From Octopus vulgaris (lineage: Eukaryota), in contig OX597815.1 in assembly GCA_951406725.2 (NCBI GenBank), positions 138,508,001 through 138,572,000 of the forward strand: 64,000 bases of DNA, written 5' to 3'. Shown one piece after another: positions 53,170-64,000 of this stretch (its first letter is position 1; each line of letters opens with the position of its first letter). A model generated the notes under the pieces. It saw nothing but the letters and a program-made list of their open reading frames with translations, had not been told where the DNA came from and made no database searches. The position numbers were made by a program, and so were the translations under genes.

Positions 53170-53352
53170 CGCCCTTACAGTTTCGGGCAGTTACAATTGA
53201 GATTGTTCGATCTGGTTGCCAGCCACCCAAAGTCTAAGTTAAGAGCATTACATTTCTTGTAAGAAAGCTACCGAATGTGTACGGCAACAAAGACAAAAAA
53301 AAAAAAAACCCCAGACAAACATGATACACAATTACAAGCAGGTGCCTTTCGA

Positions 53353-53415
<63 letters not shown>

Positions 53416-53483
53416 CGGCCTGCCTGAACAGTCAACCACGATGCGAGAAACCACAATGTATCCGATAGTTTGGCTGATACAAT

Positions 53484-53527
<44 letters not shown>

Positions 53528-53536
53528 CCTATCTAC

Positions 53537-53575
<39 letters not shown>

Positions 53576-53617
53576 CCTATCTACCTATCTACCTATCTAT
53601 CTATCTATCTATCTATA

Positions 53618-53668
<51 letters not shown>

Positions 53669-53700
53669 TTAGCTATCAATCTATCTGTCTATCTATCTAA
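53484..53700. repeat. (TATC/TACC)n microsatellite
   Basis: Seen directly. Confidence 0.95.
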
Positions 53701-54224
53701 ACTAATATGTAAAACTGTGAGGAATATTTTAAATAAAGTTTATTAAGAAATCATTTGTGTTAAAGAGTTTAAAATAAAATAAAATGATAAGATATATACA
53801 GTTTTTGACGTGATATACATCATGCTTCGGTTGTAATAACTAACTCGGAGATGTCACCCCTTGAAAAACAAAAAGACGAGGTCTTGTTAATTTATGTATC
53901 GAGTGTTAGATTGTAGGACGATGAAACAGCTATCTTGAAATGATAATATTGTAAGCCAAGACTATTAGCCAATCGCAAAAATTTTATAAATAATTTGATA
54001 AGTATAAGAGAAAATTTCATATATGATTCGGTGTTATTACACCTTATTTGTGAAGCGTAGATTCCAGTGTAGCCTCTCACATAGTGGTGAGATAATCATT
54101 GGGTATATATATATATATACAATATTGCATTCTAGATACCATAGAAAAATAGAGTTGTTTAAAAAAAACCCACAGATACGCCATTTGTAATATCATAACT
54201 AATATAGAGAGGAAAGCTTTGAAG

Positions 54225-54428
54225 TGATAGAATCGTTCGCATGCCGGGAAAAATATTTTGCGGCATTTCGCCCGGATTCACGTTCTGAGTCCAAATTCTG
54301 CCGAGATCGGCTTTGCACTTCGTACCCTCGGGGTCAATAAAATAAGTATCATTCATGCATGGATCGATGTAATCGACTAGTTTCACGCCACAAAATTTCA
54401 GGCCTTGCACCTATAGTAGAAAGGATAA
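54225..54428 (+). mobile_element. SINE family A, diverged
   Basis: gaatcgtt...cgttctgagtccaaattctgccgag...ggggtcaataaaataagta. Confidence 0.8.
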
Positions 54429-54616
54429 TTAATAGAGTGGAGATCGAAAAGTTACGAGAAATGGTTATGATATTTATTTCGATATGTTATTAAATAACTG
54501 AATAACCAATGGTAGTATTCTACCTTGCTCTTTGCCGAACCGCTTGGTTACAAGGACCTAAATACATCAACACCGGTTGTCAGTCGGTAGTGGGATACAC
54601 ACACTGACATTTACGT

Positions 54617-54648
<32 letters not shown>

Positions 54649-55652
54649 AGACACAGACACAGACAGACACACATACAGATACACTCAGGTGCGCACACAC
54701 ACACAGACTCATACACATACGCATGTATAAATGCATATATCCGTTTGTCTACCTATCTCTGCATGTGTTTGTGTGTGTATATATAAATGCATATGTATAT
54801 ATTCATAAATGTCCATGTATACATACCTACATATATACATATATATATATATAAATATATATATATCTGCACAAACATACCCACCATGATCTTTATTAAC
54901 AAGTTACTATTATGACGTGTATGTTTTCAGAGGGAACTGTTTTAAGTATATATGGAAACAAATATAATCTTTAGCAGCATGAATCTAGTGACACCAAGTG
55001 TGCAGTGTTGTTAATTTCTTGAAATAAAATGAAATATTTTGAATGAACTAGAACTAAGCCAGTTTTAGAACAAATACTTGCCATCTCAGTTACTTCTTTA
55101 TTAAAAGTAATGCTAGTTGCATTCGATAATATTACATATTTAGTGAGCACAAAGTTCTCTTAAAACATACGATATAAACAATGAAGTCTGTCACATATTT
55201 GTGGAAAAGTATTGCATTTTCTATATAGCATGCGTGAAGCAATATTAAAATATGTAATCATAAAGAAAATAATTGAACAGGGGAATCTCGAAAAAAAAGT
55301 TTCATACGATGATTAATTAAAGGACCGCGAAGCACTATAGTGCTACAGATCAACCTCGAAAACAGCCTTCCTACTGGGATCGTACAACAATAAGAATTGT
55401 AATAATGGAAAATATCACGGGGGAGCTATACCACAACGCTGTAATTGTATTGTATTTTTGTAGTAATCTACTGTTGTATAATTATAAATAGGAAACGAGT
55501 TTAGCACTTGCAAATTTCCTACTTTTTAGATATGCTTCATACAACTGAAGTTTAATCGGATATAGCATTACTAGTTTTCTGCAATATTAAGAGGCCAATC
55601 TAAATGAGAAAGAGACGGAGAGAAAGGAAGTGCGAATAATATTGAGAGAGAA

Positions 55653-55697
<45 letters not shown>

Positions 55698-56136
55698 AAG
55701 AGAAAAGAAGGATGAAGACTGCCTTCACAATGTTATATTTCATGGAAATATATGAGTAAATATCCAGTTTACTTCAATTTTCTTGACTCGTGTGTTGAAC
55801 TATATTACATACAGATTTGTAATATTGAATAGAATTGTTATTCATTGTCAAGTTGTATATTTCTATCTGAAATAATCGAGTAGACTCTGATCATTGTCTA
55901 ATACACAACCAGAGTTAAATTCTTAGTCTTTGGACATCATTTACATCAGCAAGTATATTTTCCAGTACATAGAGTGTGCTTATTTATTTCTGATTAGTAA
56001 ATTTTAAATTCTAACCATTTTCCCCAATCGAAGCAATCTTATATTTTTATTTATTATTATTATTGTTGATACTTAACAGCTTTATAATTAATGTAGAAAC
56101 GCCGACACAATAATGCCTTACCAATGCTATAATATT

Positions 56137-56327
56137 GGTTTCAAAGGTTGGCAAATTCGGGGGGAGAGGAAGAGGTAAGTGGATTACATCGACCTCAGTG
56201 TTGAAATGGTACTTATTGCATCGGCGCCTAAAGGATGAGAGGCTAAGTCAACCTCTGAACGTAAAAACGGACGAAATGCCGCTTAGCATTATGCACGGCG
56301 GAGTAACGATTCTGCCAGCTCACTGCC
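56137..56327 (-). mobile_element. SINE family A with a degenerate TSD
   Basis: ctgccagctcactgcc is the reverse complement of the head. Flanked by ccaatgctataata / ccagtgctataata. Confidence 0.8.
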
Positions 56328-57029
56328 TTGCCAGTGCTATAATACTGATGTGAATCTTTAGTAATATAGTTATTTATGTATTTCGTTATTTCCTTGGTAC
56401 TCAAAAATCGTCTAAATTGCCTCTTCTATGATTCTCTCTTCTACCATAAGACGAAAGTTGTAGGTATGATAAAATCTATAGATCATTTGTTCCAGGAAAT
56501 CAATGATTCATAGATTCAATACGAAATCTGTTGGGAATTTATAAAAATAAGTACATATAAAGAGACATACTTATTCTTCCAAAAGCGTCTCGCCTTCCCC
56601 CTTCGCGTTACAGGTAGAGCTATCACAGCACTCGTTATTACTTTCTTTAAGATTTCAGTTCAAATATTTTATTAGGTGGCAAATTAATTTTACTTACACT
56701 TGTTCAAAATCACCACTGATATCACTTACATTCTTATAGCTGATATTCTTGAGAGATACGACAGAATTATCATATTTTTCTTAATGTTATGGAGAATTTA
56801 CACTGAAAAATATAAACGATATTCTTGGTGTATCAGCGATGCAAGTCGTACTATGAATTTTATTTACGGTCGAATTAATTTATGATCAGATTAATTTACA
56901 TGAAGGCAGTCTGAAGGTTATTTGCCGTTCTTGAGCTGTTCGGGAGTTCGCTATTTGTTTATGGCATCGTGAGATCATACATTTATTTCAAAGAAACAGC
57001 TATCAATAAGAGTGAATAAAGTGTCCTAG

Positions 57030-57430
57030 AGGCATACATAGAAATCATCCTTATAAATGGTTATGTTACCTGGAGTATCAACAAACAAATGCTAAAGATC
57101 ATCAATATTACTGAGATAAAGTTCCATAGAAGAATGCCGAACGTGTTCTATGCAGATAGTGTGGTTAACACAAGTAAAGACCAACAGAAAGTTTCTCCAC
57201 AGCATAAAAAGAAAAAAAAGGCCTAGTTAATTGGACGCAATATGACACTTTTTAAACACTTAGTAGCAACTAGGAAACTAATAGATGGTAATAGAAGGTA
57301 AACCAACGTGAGACTGCGAGAGAAGATACTCGATGAACTTATCATCTGATTTCAGAAAAATCTCCCAATAACGTGTTGAGTTATGTGTAGAATAGGAAAG
57401 CATGGACGTCCATGCTTGTCGATGCCTGTA
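57030..57430 (+). mobile_element. Decayed RTE-like LINE 3' fragment
   Basis: Remnants resembling E.KFHRRM..V...D.V.N and IDGNRR..RLREK.LD, followed by a GA-rich repeat. Confidence 0.45.
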
Positions 57431-57689
57431 AGTATTCTCCACGAAGAGAGAGAAAGAGAGAGAGAGGAGGGGAGAGAGGGAGAGAGAGAGAGAGAGAGAA
57501 AGAAAGGTAGAGAAAGAAAGATCAGCTGGTATTCATTGACAGCTCACACTGTGGCCATTCCAGCAGTCGATGAGCTCAGCGCATTAGGTTACAGCAGAAA
57601 GTAGCTCATACAGCTACATGGAGTTTTCGACATGTGGTGCATCAGTAAAATAGAAATACTTCGAGAAAATAGTGTCATTACTTATTAAG

Positions 57690-57790
57690 ACAATATAATA
57701 CAATACTATATAATATAATATAATATAATATAATATAATATAATATAATATAATATAATAAATATAATATGATATGATATAATATAATGC
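57690..57790. repeat. (ATATA)n pentanucleotide repeat
   Basis: Seen directly. Confidence 0.95.
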
Positions 57791-60700
57791 AATATACACA
57801 TAGACATACACACGCACAGAGGACAACATAGAAGAATTGAAGAATCCCAGAGATCAATTAAAAAAAAAAAAACAGAAAAGAAACAAATTGACAAGCGAAA
57901 GAAATCGCATGTATCATGAGAAACCTTGACTAATGGGAGCACGTGAAAAGCGCAAACTATATTATCTCCGTTGCAGGCGTGAGCGCTACATAATTTGTAC
58001 AGTATCGAAAACATTTCGTCAACGCTGTCTCAACTATGTTGATATAAAATCTACAAGTTGTTGAACTTTACGTCAGTTACAAAGATTGACCTCACATCAC
58101 AGTACAACATCGCGGAGTGAGTTTCTTACGTCATTTGTTCTTGCCTTATTTGATATTAGTTCGAAAGAAATCAAGAAGAAAATGACCCCACGACAAATTG
58201 TTCTTTTTTAAAAAAACCCAGAAAAACCACCAACAGCCGGATGCATCTCAGCAAACACATCACTACATTGACAGGAACATGACCTTTCGAAAGCATGACT
58301 TAATAGATTACTCAATGTAGTGTTATTAAGTTCGACATGATCTGAGCAAGTTGTATAGGTATATTTATATATACACTTAGACAAAAATATATACATATTC
58401 CAACACCACTGCTTCTAGAACCCTGTATTCATTCCTGTTTAAAAAAAATTACCAACATTACTTGCAACAAATTTTCACGCCAAAATGGAAGCCATTTTGT
58501 ATCCATCTATTAATCGTTTATCTGGCAAGTGAGATTTTAGCCTCTATGGGAAAGTAAAAAATAATATTCGCTTCATATGTTTATTCTAAATTTCAACTCA
58601 TGGTTGAATCTATATTTTCTACAATATCATACAAATTCATTTGCTTGTCTTGGTTTCTCACACGGTTATATGTCCAGTTTTATAAGTTAGAAATAGTTTA
58701 GACTTTATCTTGATGAGATTTGTCTATTGATATTTAAAAAGGATGTCGACTTCGCCTTTGGACCTTGCAGAGAGGACACACTACAGAGCAGGAGTATATT
58801 TGGGTAAAATCAATCCACTTTCAAATTTATAACCTGTTGCCATTGTAAGAATTCAATTTTTTAATGTATTTTATCGTTAACATTATTAATTCATTGTTGT
58901 TTTTATACGTATATAAAGTATTTCACTAATTTCTAATCAAGAAAATTAAAAGATGTTTTAAATGTTCGTCAGAACAGTTTGTATGGAGTTTACAAAGTGC
59001 TCATTAATTTTGCTTAGATAACACATGGAATCGTTGACAATAATGCTAGATTTATCATGCGTATTCCGGTGATTAATTAACACAAAAAATTCAATATTTT
59101 CATTAGAATATATAATGTTTATATAATCATTTCTTTTCAGACATATATAGATACTTTCAGAGATACTATTCCCGCCAGTAGCGTAGAATTATTCAATTTT
59201 ATAAATTACATCTGAAACTCATTAAAGCAGAAACTCGGCACCAGTTGTCTCAATAACCATTGTAAAATATCAGACGAGATAACTTTCTCCAGCAGAGTCT
59301 GTCATAAATATATTTGATTGCTGAAAGAAAAAGATGAGGAAAGGCTTTCTATCTAAATCATGGGGAAATCATTATAGTCGTCAATTATTTCATCGAGAAT
59401 TAAATGAAAAACGACCATGTAGTCATCAGGAGCAATAAATTAATATCGAATAACTATTATTTCATGTAATTCGTTACATTTCTTGGCAAATTCCTCGGAA
59501 AGAAATTATATCAGAAAACATAATTAAGGGAGATGGACGGAATACAGATCTGTATTTTTAACGCTAAATAATGGATATTTTATGTTATGAACGTCTGATA
59601 TGCGTACTTCCTTCAAAAATATCTTAGGATCGAGTTTATATACGCGCAAGTGTCTAAGCGTTTATCTGTAAAAATGTTTGGAAAGTTTTCGTATAACAAT
59701 GAACAAATTTTGGCATTCGCCAGAAAATCAATAAAGGTACTGATGGAGAGTGTCAACATCACAAACTAATAGCAATAACTCCCCATTAGTTATTCTAAGT
59801 CGTATAACGCTTTTTCGAACTGAGTTAAAATCTTGATGGCAGCCCTCAGTAAGTTGCACTCCAGCAGCATATCTCATTAACTATGTGCAGTATAGCACAA
59901 GCAATGTAAAGTAACGTCTATCAATTCAGTGTTATATAGTTCTGTAACACATTGTAAATATTCTCAGAAAATATTGAATGCATATTGACAACATAAAGAC
60001 AATCAAGTAAAATATTCGATGCCGCTGTTAGTACTGTTGCATGTAAGAACCATGGAGTGGGAAATAAAATCCAGAACGTTGGGCTAAATGCCTAATGGCA
60101 TTTATATATATTGATAGTGTTCTCAGGTAAAATACGACGTTGTTGATATTTGCTTTCAGCCTTCCGAAATCGTAATTGTTTGTAATTGTTGCTTTCGCAG
60201 AGCTTTGGAGATGTCCTTAATGTTCCAAACAAACATTAGCCATAGCAAGAGAGATATGAGCAGTGAGGGAAACGAAATCGGACTCCTTGTGCCAGCAGAA
60301 GTAGTCGCTGGCGCTGTTGTTGTTTTTTTGTTGTTTTAATGTAGAAGAAAAAAATTGAATGGAAGTAAATAATCTAAGAGAAATAATTCGAAATGACTAG
60401 TGAAATGTATTTGAAAAACAAAGACGAATGAAGATATATTAATTAGTATTCAAGAAAAAAAATATTGGTGCTTTTTTACGATGTCAGTACTTACACCCTG
60501 CTTTTTCTGCCAGGTGATTTAAAACATTTAGATATTTTTAAAATATACATTTTGAACATGTAACATAAAATATAATCTAATTTACGTCTGATGATCGGGG
60601 AATATTTGCTAAATTCAGAGCACATTTATATAATTAATCTCTATACAATTTTCCAAATATATGTTTAAATTCTTCCATTTCTTTGTTTTGTATTTGATTT

Positions 60701-61997
60701 GATTGGGGATTTTCAAAAGAAAATATTTGGCCATTCTGTTTATATTTCAACAATGCTGTAACAACTCTAGTTTTGAACGTGATATATTTCGATATGAACC
60801 TATCATTTAAATAGCAATAGAACTAATACATTTATATTTTTGAAAAAAATATCTTGATTTGACTATCAACATCATCAGTGACAATGAGTACATAATCAAT
60901 AAATCAATCGAGAAACCCACTAATTGATCGTATGTTCTTTCAACTCGTTGCCATTTGTTTGGAATAATATCAATATTTTTGGCGGTATTTTGGCTTTGAA
61001 AAAAACCTCTTTGAATCAAATACTTTTTTCATTTTCTTATTCAAAGGAATGTTCAATAAATTCTCTTAAGTAAATGGTTTCATTTCAACATTTCTGAAAT
61101 ATGTTTAGCTTCTTGGAAACTTCTAGCGAAAAACAACATATACAATAGCAGAAATTCATGATTTAAATGTTAATATAACTGTAGCGTTTGCTTTTCATAT
61201 GAGAATATATGAAGCGAATAGGAGATCTAGCTAAGAATATGGTAATTATTATTATAATCTCTATTATATTTTGCAGCATTACAGAATGAGTTTTATGCTG
61301 CTGCGTTTAAAGGTGATGGAAGATACATTATATATATATCATAACGTATTTTTTCAGCAGCGATTTGAATTGTGAATATTTTTAATGATTATCAAATTTT
61401 TGTAATGTTTGGTGCAAATATACACTATTCATTAAAGCACATAGTTCAATAATTTCAATGAACTAGACAATGTAGAAAGTAAGCTATTAATTTCGTCTTC
61501 AAGCTATTAATTTCGTATGTAATAATGTTTAAATTAAAATTAATTTGTTTTGTTGTCGCTTCTTTAACTTCATGAAACCTGGAACTGTTCGAAAGTGACA
61601 TGTGGCATTAGATGATTATCCTCACAACGAAATTGGTGTATGCAGACTATAGTTTGTTCGATACTTTATAGTTAGTTCGATGAATTTCAATCTCAATACA
61701 AGATTTTCAAAGAACGTTAACATCTAGTTAATCTGTTTTAACCGGCAAATTGAGAAAATAATCTATCATTCCATTGCTTAATGATGTTTAATTTTCTTAA
61801 GTTTTCAGATCATCAAAAAATTGTTATGAATTGTTCTTTTTCCTTTTGAAGTTCGTAGACCTTTTTAAAAATGTGGATAGTAATGTAAAGAGACTGTCAG
61901 AGAAGAGGGTAGGGGAAAATAAATCTAATCAAATGAAAATCTGATGAGAGTTTGTAAGCTGAGAGAAATAGAAGAAAATAGAGAATATTTAATATTA

Positions 61998-62089
61998 TGT
62001 TGGGTCATCCCATAAAAATTGCGATTTTTATACTTCTTTTATTTTTTCAAAATTAAGATAAGCAAACGTATTTTCTAATCTAAAATATA
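61998..62089. mobile_element. Mariner-like terminal fragment
   Basis: ttgggtcatcccataaaaattgcgattttt resembles mariner TIRs. Cut off by the next element. Confidence 0.4.
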
Positions 62090-64000
62090 TAGACTGAGAG
62101 CCAGTCTTGATTTGATTTAGACTTGAAGCTCCAAAATACTAGCAGGGCACAATATGTGTACAAATGGTCCTAATACCATGAAACGCGATTCTTAAGTATG
62201 CTTAGGTATGGATTAATTAATTATGAGATAATCAACTTGCGTAAATAACTAATTTAATTAGACTTTAAGCTCCAGTAATGAATCACATTGAATATTACTC
62301 CTTAGACACCATTGATGCTTAAATGAAAACTTAAGAAAGAAAAACGGGTATGGAAAGACAAATTAAGAAGTTTTAATCAGACACTTAATTAGGAATTAAT
62401 TAGACTTTCTGCACCAGCGTCAATTACTTCGCAGAATTGTTCACTAAACCCAACTGAATCTATTCATGACACTTAAGAACCATTTTAGGTGTGGATGTCT
62501 AATTTAAGAAGCATTTTCTACTAATCACTATACACTAATTAAGGAGAAATATATAGAAACACTATTTTTATGGTAGGTTTTGCAAGCAAACACCCAGTAC
62601 AATTTGTCGTGCTGATGCTGATAACCAGGATGCCTTGTTTGTCGTTATACATGGAGCAATCAAACCCCGCAAACACATCGCAATAGGTATTGATATGAAA
62701 TCTATGACAGGCAGCAGAAAAGTGGTCAGCCTCTTGAACCGTTATGGCTACAGCATCAATTACCATTGCGCAGAGTAACTAGAGACTGAGTTGGCCTTTG
62801 CCCACAATGAGAAGCAGACCATCATCCTCGAGGGTGTGCAACCAAACCGAGTAATGGGGAATGCCTACGACAATTATGACGAACTCACCTACACTGTATC
62901 AGGCGCAAATTCCTTGCAAAACGAAGATGAAGCAGATCGAGGACGGCGTGATGCCTGGACTTCACGCATTTACAGGCTGTGACTACACATCTTCTTTTAA
63001 CAGGCAAGGAAAGATACGGCCTCTTCAAATCCTTGAGCAGAACACATAATTCCAGTATGCAGTTTCCAAGCTAGGCGATGCCGACCCAGACCTGGAAACA
63101 TTCACCTTTATAGAAAAATATACCTGTCGCATATATCGCCAAATAAGCTGTTCCAGCATCAACGACGCTCATTACTCAGTCTTCGAGAAAGCATTCTCCC
63201 CATGCAAAAGATCCACTCCAGAAACTGAAGGGAATCGACGCAAGCAGTCTACCACGGTGCTGCAGTGAACTTTTGCAACAATACCAACGTGCAAGATTCG
63301 TTGCGAACCTGTGGAGAGATGCCGGACATTTGTTGCTTGAACAACAACCACAGTACAGATGGGAACTGATCGATAACGAATACACGATCATCTGCCAGTC
63401 TGACAGAGGTGAGACCAGCATCACTGTCCATTGACGAGTTCAGATATGATGAGGATGATACCATGTTGACCGTATCCTCTGGTGACGAGCAGTCAGACTT
63501 CGGTACAGAATAGAATACACACTGCAGCCGTCTGGATAATGGGGCATCATGTACCAACATCTTTACTCTTTGGTGTAGACGTATTGATAGATTAAAAATG
63601 TCATAGTGTATGTGTCGTTTAGAGGCAGTACGAGAATTTGAATATCTAGCGTTAAGTATTTACATATTTGATCATCATATAAAACTTTGTTAATTCCAAC
63701 AATGCGAGTAAGGGGTTTCGATGCTCACTATTATACTTTCAATCCAATCTTGCTTTGTAAGCCGCAGTTTTGCCAACAGGCCAAAGCTGCCACATGTTAC
63801 GTAAACGTTTCAATTCTGCGTTGGTTTCTAATAGCCAGTTTGCATTTATGTGACATTTTTGTCCAAGGGGCAAGTTGCCCTTTGTTGTAGTTTTAATTAA
63901 TTTTTTTGTTTGTAACAGTCAGTTTCCATTTTTGTGAGGTTTGTGACGGGACAAGTCAACTTTAAGAGAAAAATTACTCCTTTAAAAATTAATTTTATTC
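62090..64000 (+). mobile_element. Academ (AcademX-like) DNA transposon, internally deleted and decayed
   Basis: Begins TAG at 62090. Coding remnants in 62560-63420: KHIAIGIDMKSMTGSRKVVSLLNRYGYSINY, DNYDELTYTVSG, LHAFTGCDYTSSFNRQGK (XPG/FEN1 H3TH motif), LPRCCSELLQQYQRARFVANLW. No right TIR seen in the window. Confidence 0.65.

Noticed and set aside
60200-60340. Acceptor-like site followed by a short hydrophobic ORF
   Set aside because: No homology recognised and the hydrophobic tail comes from a T-rich repeat.

Overview
AT-rich, microsatellite-dense animal DNA. The two abundant tRNA-derived SINE families resemble octopus repeats, so a cephalopod (Octopus) genome is inferred, not proven. I found no host protein-coding exon I can support, and most of the ORF track is translated microsatellite. 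The window is intronic or intergenic and full of transposon relics: a CR1-like LINE with a precise 5' inversion, decayed RTE, CR1 and R4-like LINEs, a Hero-like RLE LINE, a deleted mariner, three Helitron pieces, an Academ(X)-like element and many SINEs. The main unexplained signal is about ten type I hammerhead ribozyme (HHR) motifs. Most lie in short non-coding elements next to (TA)n tracts. Three of these elements are sequence-unrelated foldback palindromes with 140-200 bp arms and one outward-facing HHR per arm. The palindrome at 52704-53131 is about 99% perfect and both of its catalytic cores are intact. These look like inverted-pLTR derivatives of Penelope-like elements or retrozyme-like non-autonomous elements. 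Two other HHRs share an unusual extra A just before the conserved GAAA.
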